Below, one piece after another: positions 1 to 8,594 of a stretch of 64,000 bases of DNA (the stretch's first letter is position 1; the number at the start of each line of letters is the position of its first letter). Below the pieces are notes generated by a model. The model worked only from the letters and a program-made list of their open reading frames with translations, was not told the origin of the DNA and searched no databases. This DNA is from an uncultured Mycoplasmatota bacterium. GTDB lineage: Bacteria; Bacillota_I; Bacilli_A; RF39; UBA660. The position numbers and the translations under genes were made by a program. The stretch is taken from assembly GCA_900551525.1 (NCBI GenBank), contig URWD01000001.1, forward strand, positions 5,164 through 69,163. The letters run 5' to 3'.

Positions 1-258
1 TATATTTCTAGTATAAGTGGGTTTTATGAAAGTACTTTAAGTAATAAGGTCGCTTTAACAGATAAAGCTATAAAAGAATTTGAAAAAGATGTTATAAATG
101 GCAAAAATGTTGATGTTACAACTTATGTAAATAATAAACATGTTGATTATAGTAATAAATTTACAGAAAGTGGTGAAAAGTTTAGTGAAGCTGTAACTAA
201 AATACTTACAGAAGGTTTTAGTGGGGCTTGGGATGCCATAAAAGTACTATTTTTCTAA
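1..258 (+). CDS. 3' fragment of a hypothetical protein (5' end outside window); ...TEGFSGAWDAIKVLFF*
   Basis: Open frame 1 runs from the window edge to TAA at 256-258. No recognisable motif. Confidence 0.4.
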   Translation, partial: YISSISGFYESTLSNKVALTDKAIKEFEKDVINGKNVDVTTYVNNKHVDYSNKFTESGEKFSEAVTKILTEGFSGAWDAIKVLFF

Positions 259-402
259 AAAAACGCAAAAAAAATAAAGAAATTTAAGGCTCATGACAAA
301 TTTCGACATGATGCGCACTTCGAATGTGATAGGATAGAAATCGTTTCTATGAAAGGGGGGCGATTATGCCAGTAGAAACAAAGATTTATATGGCTCACTA
401 AT

Positions 403-1224
403 GATTTGGTATTTAAATATGTTTTTAGTCATGAAGAGATTTTAATGGATTTCTTAAATTCTTATCTTGATTTTGTCGGTTCTGACCTAATAGTTTTAAA
501 TGCTCACATTACACCACAGAAATATGTGCAAAATGACCATATTAAACTTCATGATTGTTATCTTGATATATGTGTAGTTTTATCAAATAGATAAATTATT
601 AATATTGAGATGTATAATAATTTTGGAATGCCAGAATGTAAAAAAAGTCTAACATATGCATCAATGTTATATTCTCATCAGCTTAAGAAAAAAGAACCAT
701 ATGAAAATGCCAAGAAAGTAACAAGTTTAAATATTATGAGAGGTAATTTTAATGAGGAAAATAATAGTTTATTAAATAAGTGTGAATTAACTAATTTAAA
801 AAATCATAAAAAGCTAATTGAAGATGGATTAGAAATGTTGTTACTTAGACTTGACATTTTGGAAAAAGAAGAGTATTCTAAAGATGAATCAAGATGCATA
901 AGGTGGCTAAAATTTATGAATGTAAAAAGTTATGAAGAAGCAGAAGAATTAGCGAAGGGAGATAAGAATTTAATGAGCACAGTAGAAATGGTAAGAGATT
1001 TTGTAAGTGATCCAGAAATCAGAAGTTTGTTTGACAGAGATAAACTAAAAGAAGAGTCAGCAGAGCTACGAGGCAAAGAGGCTGGGATTAAAGAAGGATT
1101 AATTGAAGGCAAAAATCTTGAAATAATTGAAACCGCCAAGAATATGCTAAAGAAAAATTGCGATATTAATCTAATTAGTGAAGTTACTAATTTATCAACT
1201 TCTGATATTAAAAAATTAGTGTAG
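403..1224 (+). pseudogene. Disrupted PD-(D/E)XK nuclease-family putative transposase (Rpn/YhgA-like, TIGR01784-type)
   Basis: The N-terminal NDLVFKYVF motif and the C-terminal GIKEGLIEGKNLEIIETAKNMLKK..ISEVTNLS..IKKL tail are typical of the Rpn/YhgA family. The frame is interrupted by an in-frame TAA at 592-594 between the two listed ORFs (406..594 and 610..1224, same frame). Upstream, the ATG at 366 (MPVETKIYMAH*) sits in a different frame, which suggests an N-terminal frameshift. Confidence 0.55.
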
Positions 1225-1333
1225 TTATAAAGATAGGGAGAAATCTCTATCTTATTTAGTTGTATGAAGAGCTTGACAAGTTTTACAAAAATTAATATAA
1301 TTATTTTTGAAATGTGGCTAAAAGGAGCTCTAT

Positions 1334-1975
1334 ATGAAGAAATTGAAAATTATATATGAAGATAAATATTTAATAATTGTTAATAAATCAGCTGGAGAGT
1401 TTACTATATCTAGAGATAATCATTATGATAATAATTTGTATGATGAAGTAAAGACATATGTTAAAAAACAAAATCCTAAGAATAAAATATTTATAGTACA
1501 TAGACTTGATAAAGATACTAGTGGATTAGTTTTATTTGCTAAAAATGAAAAGGTTAAGTATGATTTACAAAGAAATTGGCAAAATGTTGAAAGAAAATAT
1601 TATGCTGTTGTAAGTGGAAAACTAAATGAAAACAATGGTACTTTGAAAGATTTTCTTTATGAAACAAAAGGTTTAGATGTAGTGGTTACAAACATCAAAA
1701 AAATAGGCAAATTAGCTATTACAAACTTTAATGTTATAGAAAATAATAACAAATATAGTTTACTTGATATAAATATTGAAACTGGTAGAAGAAATCAAAT
1801 CAGAGTACAACTAGCTAATATTGGTCACCCAATCATCGGAGATAAAAAATATGGTAAAGTAAAATATAAAAGAATGATGTTAGAAGCATACTATTTGAAA
1901 TTTGTACATCCAGTTACAAAAAAAGTTTGTTATGCGGAATTACCTTTAAATAATGATTTTGAAAAGTTATTTTAA
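1334..1975 (+). CDS. RluA-family pseudouridine synthase
   Basis: HRLDKDTSGLVLFAKN catalytic Asp motif, GRRNQIRVQLA motif, about 210 aa, typical RluA/RsuA family length. Confidence 0.85.
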   Translation: MKKLKIIYEDKYLIIVNKSAGEFTISRDNHYDNNLYDEVKTYVKKQNPKNKIFIVHRLDKDTSGLVLFAKNEKVKYDLQRNWQNVERKYYAVVSGKLNENNGTLKDFLYETKGLDVVVTNIKKIGKLAITNFNVIENNNKYSLLDINIETGRRNQIRVQLANIGHPIIGDKKYGKVKYKRMMLEAYYLKFVHPVTKKVCYAELPLNNDFEKLF

Positions 1976-1980
1976 AAGGG

Positions 1981-2145
1981 TTGAAATTAATTTTTGATTA
2001 TGCTATAATTTGGTCAATCAGTGAAGATGGAACTTACAACTCTGGAGCTGAATCGTATAATCGCGTTAAGATAATTAAGTTAATTAAAGGATGGTACCGT
2101 CTCAAAGAGACTCCTTTGGGTATCATCTTTTTTGTTTGGAGGAAA
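1981..2145 (+). promoter_or_regulatory. Sigma-A promoter (TTGAAA-17-TATAAT) plus T-box riboswitch leader of tyrS, Tyr specifier UAC
   Basis: TTGAAA 1981-1986 and TATAAT 2004-2009. The specifier-loop context is ggaacTTACAactc, with TAC at 2035-2037 followed by A. The conserved T-box AATTAAAGGATGGTACCG is at about 2083-2100. The overlapping terminator or antiterminator helix gtctcaaagagac..tcctttgggtatcatcTTTTTT follows. Confidence 0.8.
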
Positions 2146-2153
2146 AGAAAAAT

Positions 2154-3383
2154 ATGACAAATTGGGAAGAATTAAAATGGAGAGGTCTTGTTAAAGATGT
2201 GGCTGGTGATGATATTGCTGATAAAATCAATAATGAAAAAGTTACCTTTTACTGGGGAACAGATCCAACTGCAGACTCTTTACACCTAGGACATTATAGC
2301 TCACTTATTACTGCTAAAAGACTTATGAAAATGGGACATAATCCAATACTTTTATGTGGTGGAGCAACTGGTAGAATTGGAGACCCTAGACCAACTGCAG
2401 AAAGAGAAATTATAAGTATTGATACTCTTAATCACAATATTGAATGTATTAGAAAACAAATTGATAAAGTATTTGATGGTAAAGCAAAACTTGTAAATAA
2501 TTATGACTGGTTTAAAGATTATAATTTCTTAGATTTCTTGCGAGATGTTGGAAAGTATATTAATGTTAATTATATGCTTAGTAAAGATATTATTCAAAGA
2601 AGGCTTGATACTGGTATTACATATGCTGAATTTAGTTATATGTTAATTCAAGGCTATGATTTTTTACATATGTTTAATACAATGGGATGTACTATGCAAG
2701 TTGAAGGTTCTGATCAATGGGGAAATATTACTGCTGGTATAGAGTTAATTAGAAAAATGACTGGTAAAGATGCCTATGCTTTTACAATGCCTTTAATTCT
2801 TGATGCAACTGGTAAAAAATTTGGTAAAAGTGAAGGAAATGCATTATGGCTTGATATAAATAAAACATCAAGTTATGAATTGTATCAATACTTAATTAAT
2901 ACTGATGATTCTAAAGTTTATGAATATTTAAAAGTATTTACATTTTTAACACCAGAAGAAATAGATGAAATAATGGTTAAACAAAATGAAAATCCACATT
3001 TAAGAGTAGCACAAAAAGCATTAGCTAAAGAAATAATTACTGATTTACATGGTGAAGAGGAATTTAACAAAGCTTTAAATATTTCTGAATGTTTATTTTC
3101 AGATAGAATTTGGGAATTATCTGCAAATGAAATAATAGATAGTATTAAAGATATACCTAAATTTAATGTGAAAAATGGTGAACTTTTAATAGATGTACTT
3201 GTAAATAATAATGTTGTTTCTAGTAAAAGAGAAGCTAGAGAAATGATAAATGCTGGAGCAATAAGTATAAATGGTAAAAAAGAAATAGATTTGGAAAAAA
3301 ATATTACTAAAAATGATGCTATTGAAGATAAGGTTTTACTTATAAAGAAAGGTAAGAAAAATTATTTTTTAGGACTTATGTAA
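2154..3383 (+). CDS. tyrS: Tyrosine--tRNA ligase
   Basis: Class I HIGH-like motif (DPTADSLHLGHY), KMSKS-like KFGKS, and a C-terminal S4-like domain. The track ORF at 2091 extends into the T-box terminator. ATG 2154 (MTNWEELKW) lies just after the leader. Confidence 0.93.
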   Translation: MTNWEELKWRGLVKDVAGDDIADKINNEKVTFYWGTDPTADSLHLGHYSSLITAKRLMKMGHNPILLCGGATGRIGDPRPTAEREIISIDTLNHNIECIRKQIDKVFDGKAKLVNNYDWFKDYNFLDFLRDVGKYINVNYMLSKDIIQRRLDTGITYAEFSYMLIQGYDFLHMFNTMGCTMQVEGSDQWGNITAGIELIRKMTGKDAYAFTMPLILDATGKKFGKSEGNALWLDINKTSSYELYQYLINTDDSKVYEYLKVFTFLTPEEIDEIMVKQNENPHLRVAQKALAKEIITDLHGEEEFNKALNISECLFSDRIWELSANEIIDSIKDIPKFNVKNGELLIDVLVNNNVVSSKREAREMINAGAISINGKKEIDLEKNITKNDAIEDKVLLIKKGKKNYFLGLM

Positions 3384-3402
3384 AAATAAGTCTTTTTTTT
3401 TT
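3374..3402 (+). terminator. Rho-independent terminator of tyrS (stop codon sits in the loop)
   Basis: gacttat-gtaaaa-ataagtc followed by T9. Confidence 0.7.
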
Positions 3403-3505
3403 ATAATTTTTTTGATAAAATATAAATAGGAAGGTAGGAACAATTATGAAAACTTTAATAAAGCTTTTGTAAATTTTGTTGTTGGTAAAGGACATAAAAA
3501 AAGAA

Positions 3506-3955
3506 TTAAAGTCTTTTAATTCTTGTACTTGCTCCGACGAACCAATCCATAGAAATGTTAAATTCTTTAGCAATTTGATATAAGAATGCTGTTAGGATCA
3601 GAGTATTTCCTTTTTCATAGGCACAAAGGGTAGATGGAGAGGTATTTAGTACTTTAGCTAACTCGCGTTGTTTTAGGTTATTGATATTTCTAATATAGAT
3701 AATTTTTTGACCAATTTCTTCTTTGTTAAGTTTAACATAGTTAAAAAATATATCTTTTTGATTAGAAAGACCTGTTAAATAATCTAAACTAACCTTATAA
3801 TATTTAGCTAAGGTTATTAAATGTTTTAAAGGAATAATCTTTTTACCTTTCTCCCATTCGGCATATGTTTGTTGACGCACTCCGAGAATTGCCCCAACAT
3901 TTTTTTGAGTTAGATTGTTATATTCTCTTAACTCGAATAATCTATCGTTTTCCAT
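3506..3955 (-). CDS. XRE-family transcriptional regulator with two HTH domains
   Basis: Two Cro/C1-type HTH signatures (LTQKNVGAILGVRQQTYAEWEKG and LKQRELAKVLNTSPSTLCAYEKG). Divergent to the small ORF at 4055. Confidence 0.75.
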   Translation of the reverse strand: MENDRLFELREYNNLTQKNVGAILGVRQQTYAEWEKGKKIIPLKHLITLAKYYKVSLDYLTGLSNQKDIFFNYVKLNKEEIGQKIIYIRNINNLKQRELAKVLNTSPSTLCAYEKGNTLILTAFLYQIAKEFNISMDWFVGASTRIKRL

Positions 3956-4054
3956 TTATTCCGCTCACCAGATTAATTTTCCCATTATTTTATTAAATAT
4001 ACAGAAAATTACAGACAAATACGAAATTGTTTGGTATAATTAGAAAGGAAAGAG

Positions 4055-4318
4055 TTGATTGATGTGAAAGAATATATGAAATTAAGTAAAGATTTAGCTA
4101 AAAAACAAGTAGTTGAAAAAATATCATTAGAATTAGTATATGAGTTTTTAATTTTAGATAATGAAGAAATGAATGTTATTAAAGTTGAGGACATTAATCT
4201 TATTGAGGATAATGAATATATGGAACTCGTAGATGAGGCAATTGCTAAATTAAATCAAAAAACAAATTTAGATTTAATTAGAAAAGATGGAAAAATTTAT
4301 TTGGGTAATTGTAATTAG
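4055..4318 (+). CDS. Hypothetical small acidic protein (87 aa, TTG start; ATG 4076 alternative)
   Basis: ORF divergent from the XRE regulator. A -10 TGGTATAAT lies at 4032-4040. No motif. Confidence 0.35.
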   Translation: MIDVKEYMKLSKDLAKKQVVEKISLELVYEFLILDNEEMNVIKVEDINLIEDNEYMELVDEAIAKLNQKTNLDLIRKDGKIYLGNCN

Positions 4319-4363
4319 TAAACATACTTTCTTTACATAATATACTAAAGAAAGGAGTCTTAT

Positions 4364-4579
4364 ATGTATCCAAATTATTATCAAAATCAAAATAGAGGTT
4401 TTGTAGTTCCGTTTTTGCTCGGAGGTTTAGCTGGAGGGGCTGCTGTTGGGTTTACTAGACCAAGGCCAATTTATAATGTAGCACCAAGTAATGGAGGTTA
4501 TTATCCAAATCCTGGTATGCCATACTATAATAGTTCCTATAGTTATTATCAACCTATACCTAGGACATATTATTATTAG
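4364..4579 (+). CDS. Tyr/Pro/Gly/Asn-rich small protein (71 aa), possible spore coat or crust component
   Basis: Strong RBS aaaggag. Composition is YPNYYQN...YYPNPGMPYYNSSYSYYQP..YYY. A sigma-K-like -10 CATAatATA lies about 35 nt upstream. Confidence 0.55.
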   Translation: MYPNYYQNQNRGFVVPFLLGGLAGGAAVGFTRPRPIYNVAPSNGGYYPNPGMPYYNSSYSYYQPIPRTYYY

Positions 4580-4585
4580 CCATAC

Positions 4586-5680
4586 TTAGTATGGTTTTTC
4601 TTTTGAGTTAAAAATGATACCTAAGAAGATAAAATAAATAATGAGTGTTGAACCTCCATAACTTAAAAAGGGAAGAGGTATACCTATAATTGGTAAAAGT
4701 CCTAAGTTCATACCTATGTTTATTATTTGATTAAGAATAAAAATACTTATAAAGCTAGCTAGAAAGTACTTTAAAGTACTTTTTTTCATAGAAATAAATC
4801 TGTTTATTAAATAAATATCTATGATTAAATAACAAAGGAGAATAATAAAACCTGTAATATAGCCAAAGTTTGTAATAGAAAAAGCGAAAACAAAGTCTGT
4901 TGGTGCTTCAGGAATATAGATGCGTGTGCCATTTAAAGTAAGTGATAAGCTACTTGATGAACCTATACCAACTAAAGCATTTTCGAGTTGATAGCTTGAC
5001 ATAGTTTTAAATGTAATAAGTCTTTCAACTCTATAAAAGAAACTAGTACCAATTAAATTAATAAGTAAATCTTTATTAAAGAGGTAAAGAAAAATAAATG
5101 TACCAATAGATAAAGTTATTAGTAATATGGCTAATATATACCAAAATTTATGGATATTACTAAGTACTACTGTAGTAAAAGCCATAACTAAAAAGAAAAT
5201 AATAGCACCTGTATCAGGCTCTAAAAATACAAGTATCGAAGGAATTATAGTCAAAATAAATATTTTTAATATAAATAAAATTTCACTTTTTATGCCAGTA
5301 TTTACAAAACTATTTAAAGTATTACTAAGCATTAAAGCAAGTGATAATTTAGCAAGTTCACTAGGTTGAAATGATAATCCCTTTATAGTAATCCATGCTC
5401 TAGCACCATTTATAACTTTACCAAATATTAAAACATATATAAGAAGTAAAATAGATAAAATATAAAAATATTTAGCATACTTAAATATAAAACTAGTATT
5501 TATTTTTCTAAAAAGTAGAAGAATTATTATACCTAAAGTATACCAAATTATTTGCTTTGTTAAATTGTTATTATAAAGCGTACTTAAATATTTAGCATTA
5601 TACATATCTAAAAAACTAATAATCATTATTATTAGTAAAGGAATAAAAAATAAAAATTTGCTATTTAATACTTTTTTCAT
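4586..5680 (-). CDS. FtsW/RodA/SpoVE-family peptidoglycan glycosyltransferase (SEDS)
   Basis: Polytopic membrane protein with the conserved SEDS C-terminus IPLPFLSYGGSTLI and the WITIKGLSFQPSELAKL motif. Confidence 0.85.
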   Translation of the reverse strand: MKKVLNSKFLFFIPLLIIMIISFLDMYNAKYLSTLYNNNLTKQIIWYTLGIIILLLFRKINTSFIFKYAKYFYILSILLLIYVLIFGKVINGARAWITIKGLSFQPSELAKLSLALMLSNTLNSFVNTGIKSEILFILKIFILTIIPSILVFLEPDTGAIIFFLVMAFTTVVLSNIHKFWYILAILLITLSIGTFIFLYLFNKDLLINLIGTSFFYRVERLITFKTMSSYQLENALVGIGSSSSLSLTLNGTRIYIPEAPTDFVFAFSITNFGYITGFIILLCYLIIDIYLINRFISMKKSTLKYFLASFISIFILNQIINIGMNLGLLPIIGIPLPFLSYGGSTLIIYFIFLGIIFNSKEKPY

Positions 5681-5737
5681 AATTTTAGTATGTGTATTTT
5701 TAGGATATTTATCATAAAATATTGTAGAGGTGTTAAC

Positions 5738-6028
5738 ATGAACAAATTACCTAATGTATTTGCAAGTCCAATTAATAAGAAACTTAATAACTATCAAGAT
5801 ATATATCGAAGTGATAGAGAAGTAAAGTCGTATAATCCAAAGGATATAAATAAAAAAATTAATGAAATATTTGGGTCACTTAATCATGTATATAAAAGTA
5901 AAGTAAGAATTACTATGTCTGATGGTGTAAAAGAAGAAGAAATCGTAGGTAAAACTAATATAAACTTGCTTACTATAGATAATAAACTTATTAAAATAAC
6001 AGATATTTTAGATATAGAAAAAATATAG
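5738..6028 (+). CDS. Hypothetical protein (96 aa)
   Basis: ATG 5738 is preceded by agagg at a good spacing. The track start at 5690 is probably an over-extension. Confidence 0.45.
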   Translation: MNKLPNVFASPINKKLNNYQDIYRSDREVKSYNPKDINKKINEIFGSLNHVYKSKVRITMSDGVKEEEIVGKTNINLLTIDNKLIKITDILDIEKI

Positions 6029-6041
6029 AAAAAAGTATATC

Positions 6042-6359
6042 TTAGAGAATTTCTTCGATATACTTTTTTAATTGTTTAGCATTTTTATCAAATATAATCT
6101 TTAATTGGTTATCTATTTCAACAATACCTTTGGCACCAAGTTTTTGAATGCCTTCTTTATTGGCTAAACTAACATCTTTAAGGATAACTTTAAGCCTTGA
6201 CATATTACATTCAGCATTAATAATGTTATCTTTACCACCTAAATAAGTAATGAGTTTGTTAGCTTCTACTTTGAAATCTCTTTTTGAAAGTTTTACAATA
6301 ACCATTGAAATAATTATTAGAATAATTGCTATTACAATATACTCAATATATGTTTTCAT
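6042..6359 (-). CDS. Membrane-anchored PTS EIIB(Glc-family)-like domain protein
   Basis: N-terminal TM segment followed by LITYLGGKDNIINAECNMSRLKVILKD. This resembles the EIIB motif L..LGGKENI....HCATRLRF.LKD, including the phospho-Cys position. Confidence 0.5.
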   Translation of the reverse strand: MKTYIEYIVIAIILIIISMVIVKLSKRDFKVEANKLITYLGGKDNIINAECNMSRLKVILKDVSLANKEGIQKLGAKGIVEIDNQLKIIFDKNAKQLKKYIEEIL

Positions 6360-6475
6360 TTTTTATCACCATTATCATTTTATCATATTTTATAAAAAAG
6401 TAAAAGTAAAAAGCATACACTTATTTTGATTATTTTCATAAATTATTAGTGAATTAGATGAAAGGGTGAAAGTTT

Positions 6476-6916
6476 ATGAATAGAGAAAGTAAATCATCAG
6501 AAGGCAACTGCATTAATGAAATACTATGTGTCATTTTAGTTCTTCAAGAAAATGCATGTCCAGATAATTGTTTACAAACTTGCGATAGACCAGTACTTGG
6601 TGGAGGAAGCAATTGCCTCGTATGTAACACTAGACCTGTAATGCTTTATACTTGTGGTGGTAATGGTACTCCATGGAGTATGCCAACAACTAAAGACTCT
6701 ACAGCTACATGTACAGGAAGTACTACTACTTGTTCAAATGTTTTCAGAGTAGAAAAAATAGAAGGCAACTGCTGTACATTCCGTGTTTTAGCAGATAATA
6801 CTGATGAAACTAGTGTTTATCCATATGTTGCTACAAATGTTTTCTTTACAATGGATTGCGATTGTCTATGCTGCATAAGATGTTTATCTGATACATATGT
6901 AGATTGTCTTTGCTAA
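6476..6916 (+). CDS. CotY/CotZ-family cysteine-rich spore coat/crust protein
   Basis: 22 Cys in 146 aa. NVFRVEKIEGNCCTFRVL and TNVFFTMDCDCLCCIRCLSD resemble B. subtilis CotY/CotZ (FFRVEKL..CCATL, CFCAIQCL). Confidence 0.7.
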   Translation: MNRESKSSEGNCINEILCVILVLQENACPDNCLQTCDRPVLGGGSNCLVCNTRPVMLYTCGGNGTPWSMPTTKDSTATCTGSTTTCSNVFRVEKIEGNCCTFRVLADNTDETSVYPYVATNVFFTMDCDCLCCIRCLSDTYVDCLC

Positions 6917-6929
6917 TTATTAGGCAAAA

Positions 6930-6958
6930 TAAAAAGCACGTTTTGTGCTTTTTATTTT
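6930..6958. terminator. Bidirectional hairpin terminator between the cotZ-like gene (+) and prsA (-)
   Basis: aaaagcac-gtttt-gtgctttt with T-runs on both sides. Confidence 0.6.
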
Positions 6959-7983
6959 GTAGTTGAACTTGCAATAGATGCTAGTGCATTTTGTATGTAA
7001 TTAGAATATTGTTTCTTAATTTCGTCATCTTGGATTTCCATGCCATATTCTTTTCTATAATGTTGTAAAGCATTAAGTCCAACTGATGAAGAATTATCTT
7101 TGATATATTTGTCTGCAAGTGTTTTAAGAATACTTTCTTTTAGATTTTCTAAAGTGTCTTTTTCATAACTTTTAGTTTTAAGTATTACATGATATCCAAG
7201 TTCTGTTGTAATAACTGATGTACTATATTCACCATCTTTTAATTTTGTAGCAGCATCGATTAATTCATCATAGCTTGAACTTAGTGTGCCATAATTGATT
7301 TTACCTAAAGCACCACCTTTATCCTTAGTGTCATCATCTTTAGAATATTCTTTAGCAAGTTTAGTAAATGTTTCAGTGATGTCTTCTTTATTTTTCTTAG
7401 CTGTATTTAATTTTTCAATTATTTCATTTACAGTTTTTTTAGCAGCTTCTTCAGCAGCTTTCTTTTCATCATCTTTTGCACCATCTTTAACATCAGATGT
7501 TATAAGAATATGACTTACTTCCATATCTCCGATAGATTTGTTTTTGTAATAATCTTCTATTTCTTTGTCAGTTATTTTAGTTTTAGCATATTCTTCGATA
7601 GCATGACTTTGCATGTATGATAAATAGTAATAATCTTGGAATGCTTCGATTGTTTGATAATTTGTTTGACTTTGAATAGCAGCAAGTAATTTATCTTTAC
7701 CATCATATTGTGTAATTAAAGCATTGATTGTTGCTTCAGCATTACTTTTAGCAGTATCAACATAATCTTTAAATTCTTCTTCAAGAATATATGTATCTAT
7801 CATAGTGATTAAAGTATTAAGACCCATACCATCTTTTAATTTAGTATAAAAATCATCAACACTTATCTTTTCACCATTTTTAAAACTAACAATAGCTTCC
7901 TTTCCATTTTCTAATTTTGGCACTTTACCACAGCCACTTGCAAGTAGCATGATTGCACATAATGCAACTAATTTTTTCTTCAT
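6952..7983 (-). CDS. prsA: Foldase lipoprotein PrsA (parvulin-type PPIase)
   Basis: Lipobox LLASGC. The parvulin core is EVSHILI..(about 100 aa)..ELGYHVILK. Length and architecture match PrsA. Confidence 0.8.
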   Translation of the reverse strand: MKKKLVALCAIMLLASGCGKVPKLENGKEAIVSFKNGEKISVDDFYTKLKDGMGLNTLITMIDTYILEEEFKDYVDTAKSNAEATINALITQYDGKDKLLAAIQSQTNYQTIEAFQDYYYLSYMQSHAIEEYAKTKITDKEIEDYYKNKSIGDMEVSHILITSDVKDGAKDDEKKAAEEAAKKTVNEIIEKLNTAKKNKEDITETFTKLAKEYSKDDDTKDKGGALGKINYGTLSSSYDELIDAATKLKDGEYSTSVITTELGYHVILKTKSYEKDTLENLKESILKTLADKYIKDNSSSVGLNALQHYRKEYGMEIQDDEIKKQYSNYIQNALASIASSTTK

Positions 7984-8118
7984 ATTATCTCTCCTTATAA
8001 AGGTATTATAACAATTATTTTTGCATTTTACAACGTTTTTAAGCTTTTTTTGCCCTCACACAATGAAAAATCTACCATAGAATACTAGTGAAAAGACAAA
8101 ATAAAGGAGGAAAGTTTT

Positions 8119-8205
8119 ATGAATCATTGCGGAAATAGCCTTGGTGCTGCTATAATTTTAGTACTATTTATTCTTTTAATCATCATAGTAGGGGCTTTTA
8201 TCTAA
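8119..8205 (+). CDS. YjcZ-family tiny transmembrane sporulation protein (28 aa)
   Basis: MNHCGNSLGAAIILVLFILLIIIVGAFI matches the TIGR01732-type consensus (..FALIVVLFILLIIVG..). Strong RBS aaggagg. Not in the ORF track because it is under 60 aa. Confidence 0.65.
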   Translation: MNHCGNSLGAAIILVLFILLIIIVGAFI

Positions 8206-8234
8206 AGTTTTAAATATATAAAGGGAGGTTAATT

Positions 8235-8357
8235 ATGAGTTGCTGTAAAAAAGATTGCGATTCTACTTCAGGAAATAACTTTACAGCTAGTTATGCATTT
8301 ATAGTTTTAATACTATTTATACTACTTGCTATAATCTGGGGCGGAGCATTCTATTAA
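8235..8357 (+). CDS. YjcZ-family tiny transmembrane protein (40 aa)
   Basis: MSCCKKDCDSTSGNNFTASYAFIVLILFILLAIIWGGAFY. RBS agggagg. A tandem paralogue of the preceding gene. Confidence 0.6.
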   Translation: MSCCKKDCDSTSGNNFTASYAFIVLILFILLAIIWGGAFY

Positions 8358-8361
8358 AAAG

Positions 8362-8390
8362 AGGGAAACCTCTTTTTTTTGAAGTTACTA
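8362..8390 (+). terminator. Rho-independent terminator after the yjcZ pair
   Basis: agagg-gaaac-cctct followed by T8. Confidence 0.75.
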
Positions 8391-8433
8391 AAAAAGTATT
8401 GATATTTATATAAAATTTGGATATAATGTAAAT

Positions 8434-8520
8434 GTAAGGTTATCCGAGAAAGCGGGTAGCGCCTACAAGTTTTTGCTTTGAAGGACACTACACCTAATGG
8501 CTAGTGTCCTTCTTTATACT
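8434..8520 (+). ncRNA. Candidate small RNA (about 85 nt) with its own sigma-A promoter and a 3' hairpin; putative antisense/antitoxin partner of the convergent peptide gene
   Basis: Promoter is TTGATA (8399-8404), a 17-nt spacer, TATAAT (8422-8427). The transcript would run through a GC-rich segment. A perfect 10-bp hairpin gaaggacact/agtgtccttc (8480-8512) follows, then TTTAT. No ORF. Confidence 0.3.
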
Positions 8521-8594
8521 AATTTAATAATAATTAACAGTAACAAAATAATTATTACTAAAAGAGTGTTGTTATCACTAAACTCTTCTTTCAT
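8514..8594 (-). CDS. Candidate 26-aa hydrophobic peptide (MKEEFSDNNTLLVIIILLLLIIIKLV), type I toxin-like
   Basis: Minus-strand ORF with a charged N-terminus and a single TM helix. Partial SD GGTGG lies 7 nt upstream. Minus-strand promoter is TTTACA (8722-8717), a 16-nt spacer, TATAAT (8700-8695). This predicts a roughly 95-nt GC-rich structured 5' UTR. The stop abuts the shared hairpin at 8480-8512. Confidence 0.3.
   Translation of the reverse strand: MKEEFSDNNTLLVIIILLLLIIIKLV

Noticed and set aside
263-400. Possible small RNA between the 5' partial gene and the transposase pseudogene
   Set aside because: Only a short AT-rich hairpin (atagaaa-tcg-tttctat) and no promoter or terminator pair. 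More likely a transposase-associated inverted repeat or the pseudogene leader.
930-1139. Short antisense or overlapping ORFs in the track. Examples: 930..1139-, 5127..5369+, 7295..7513+, 8816..9022-, 10248..10451-, 11428..11643-, 16225..16461-, 16733..17246-, 21177..21423, 22134..22389-, 23970..24266-, 26242..26451-, 27229..27438-, 29672..29885, 34526..34786-, 40665..40970+, 48609..48830-, 52891..53136-, 54235..54426+, 56211..56629-, 58425..58634+, 60448..60786-, 61566..61751-.
   Set aside because: Each lies entirely inside a longer, well-supported CDS on the other strand or in another frame, has low-complexity AT-rich codon content, and has no RBS. Treated as spurious.
2091-2153. Extended starts proposed by the ORF track for tyrS (2091), the ABC ATPase (8763), the permease (9703), lepA (31919), the C39 transporter (35884), rpsU (38796), tgt (45846) and others
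   Set aside because: The extensions run into T-box/terminator structures or lack an RBS. Internal ATGs with proper Shine-Dalgarno spacing and family-typical N-termini were preferred.
6476-6916. Cys-rich 146-aa protein as a lanthipeptide or sactipeptide precursor
   Set aside because: No adjacent modification enzymes. The sequence matches CotY/CotZ spore-coat blocks instead.
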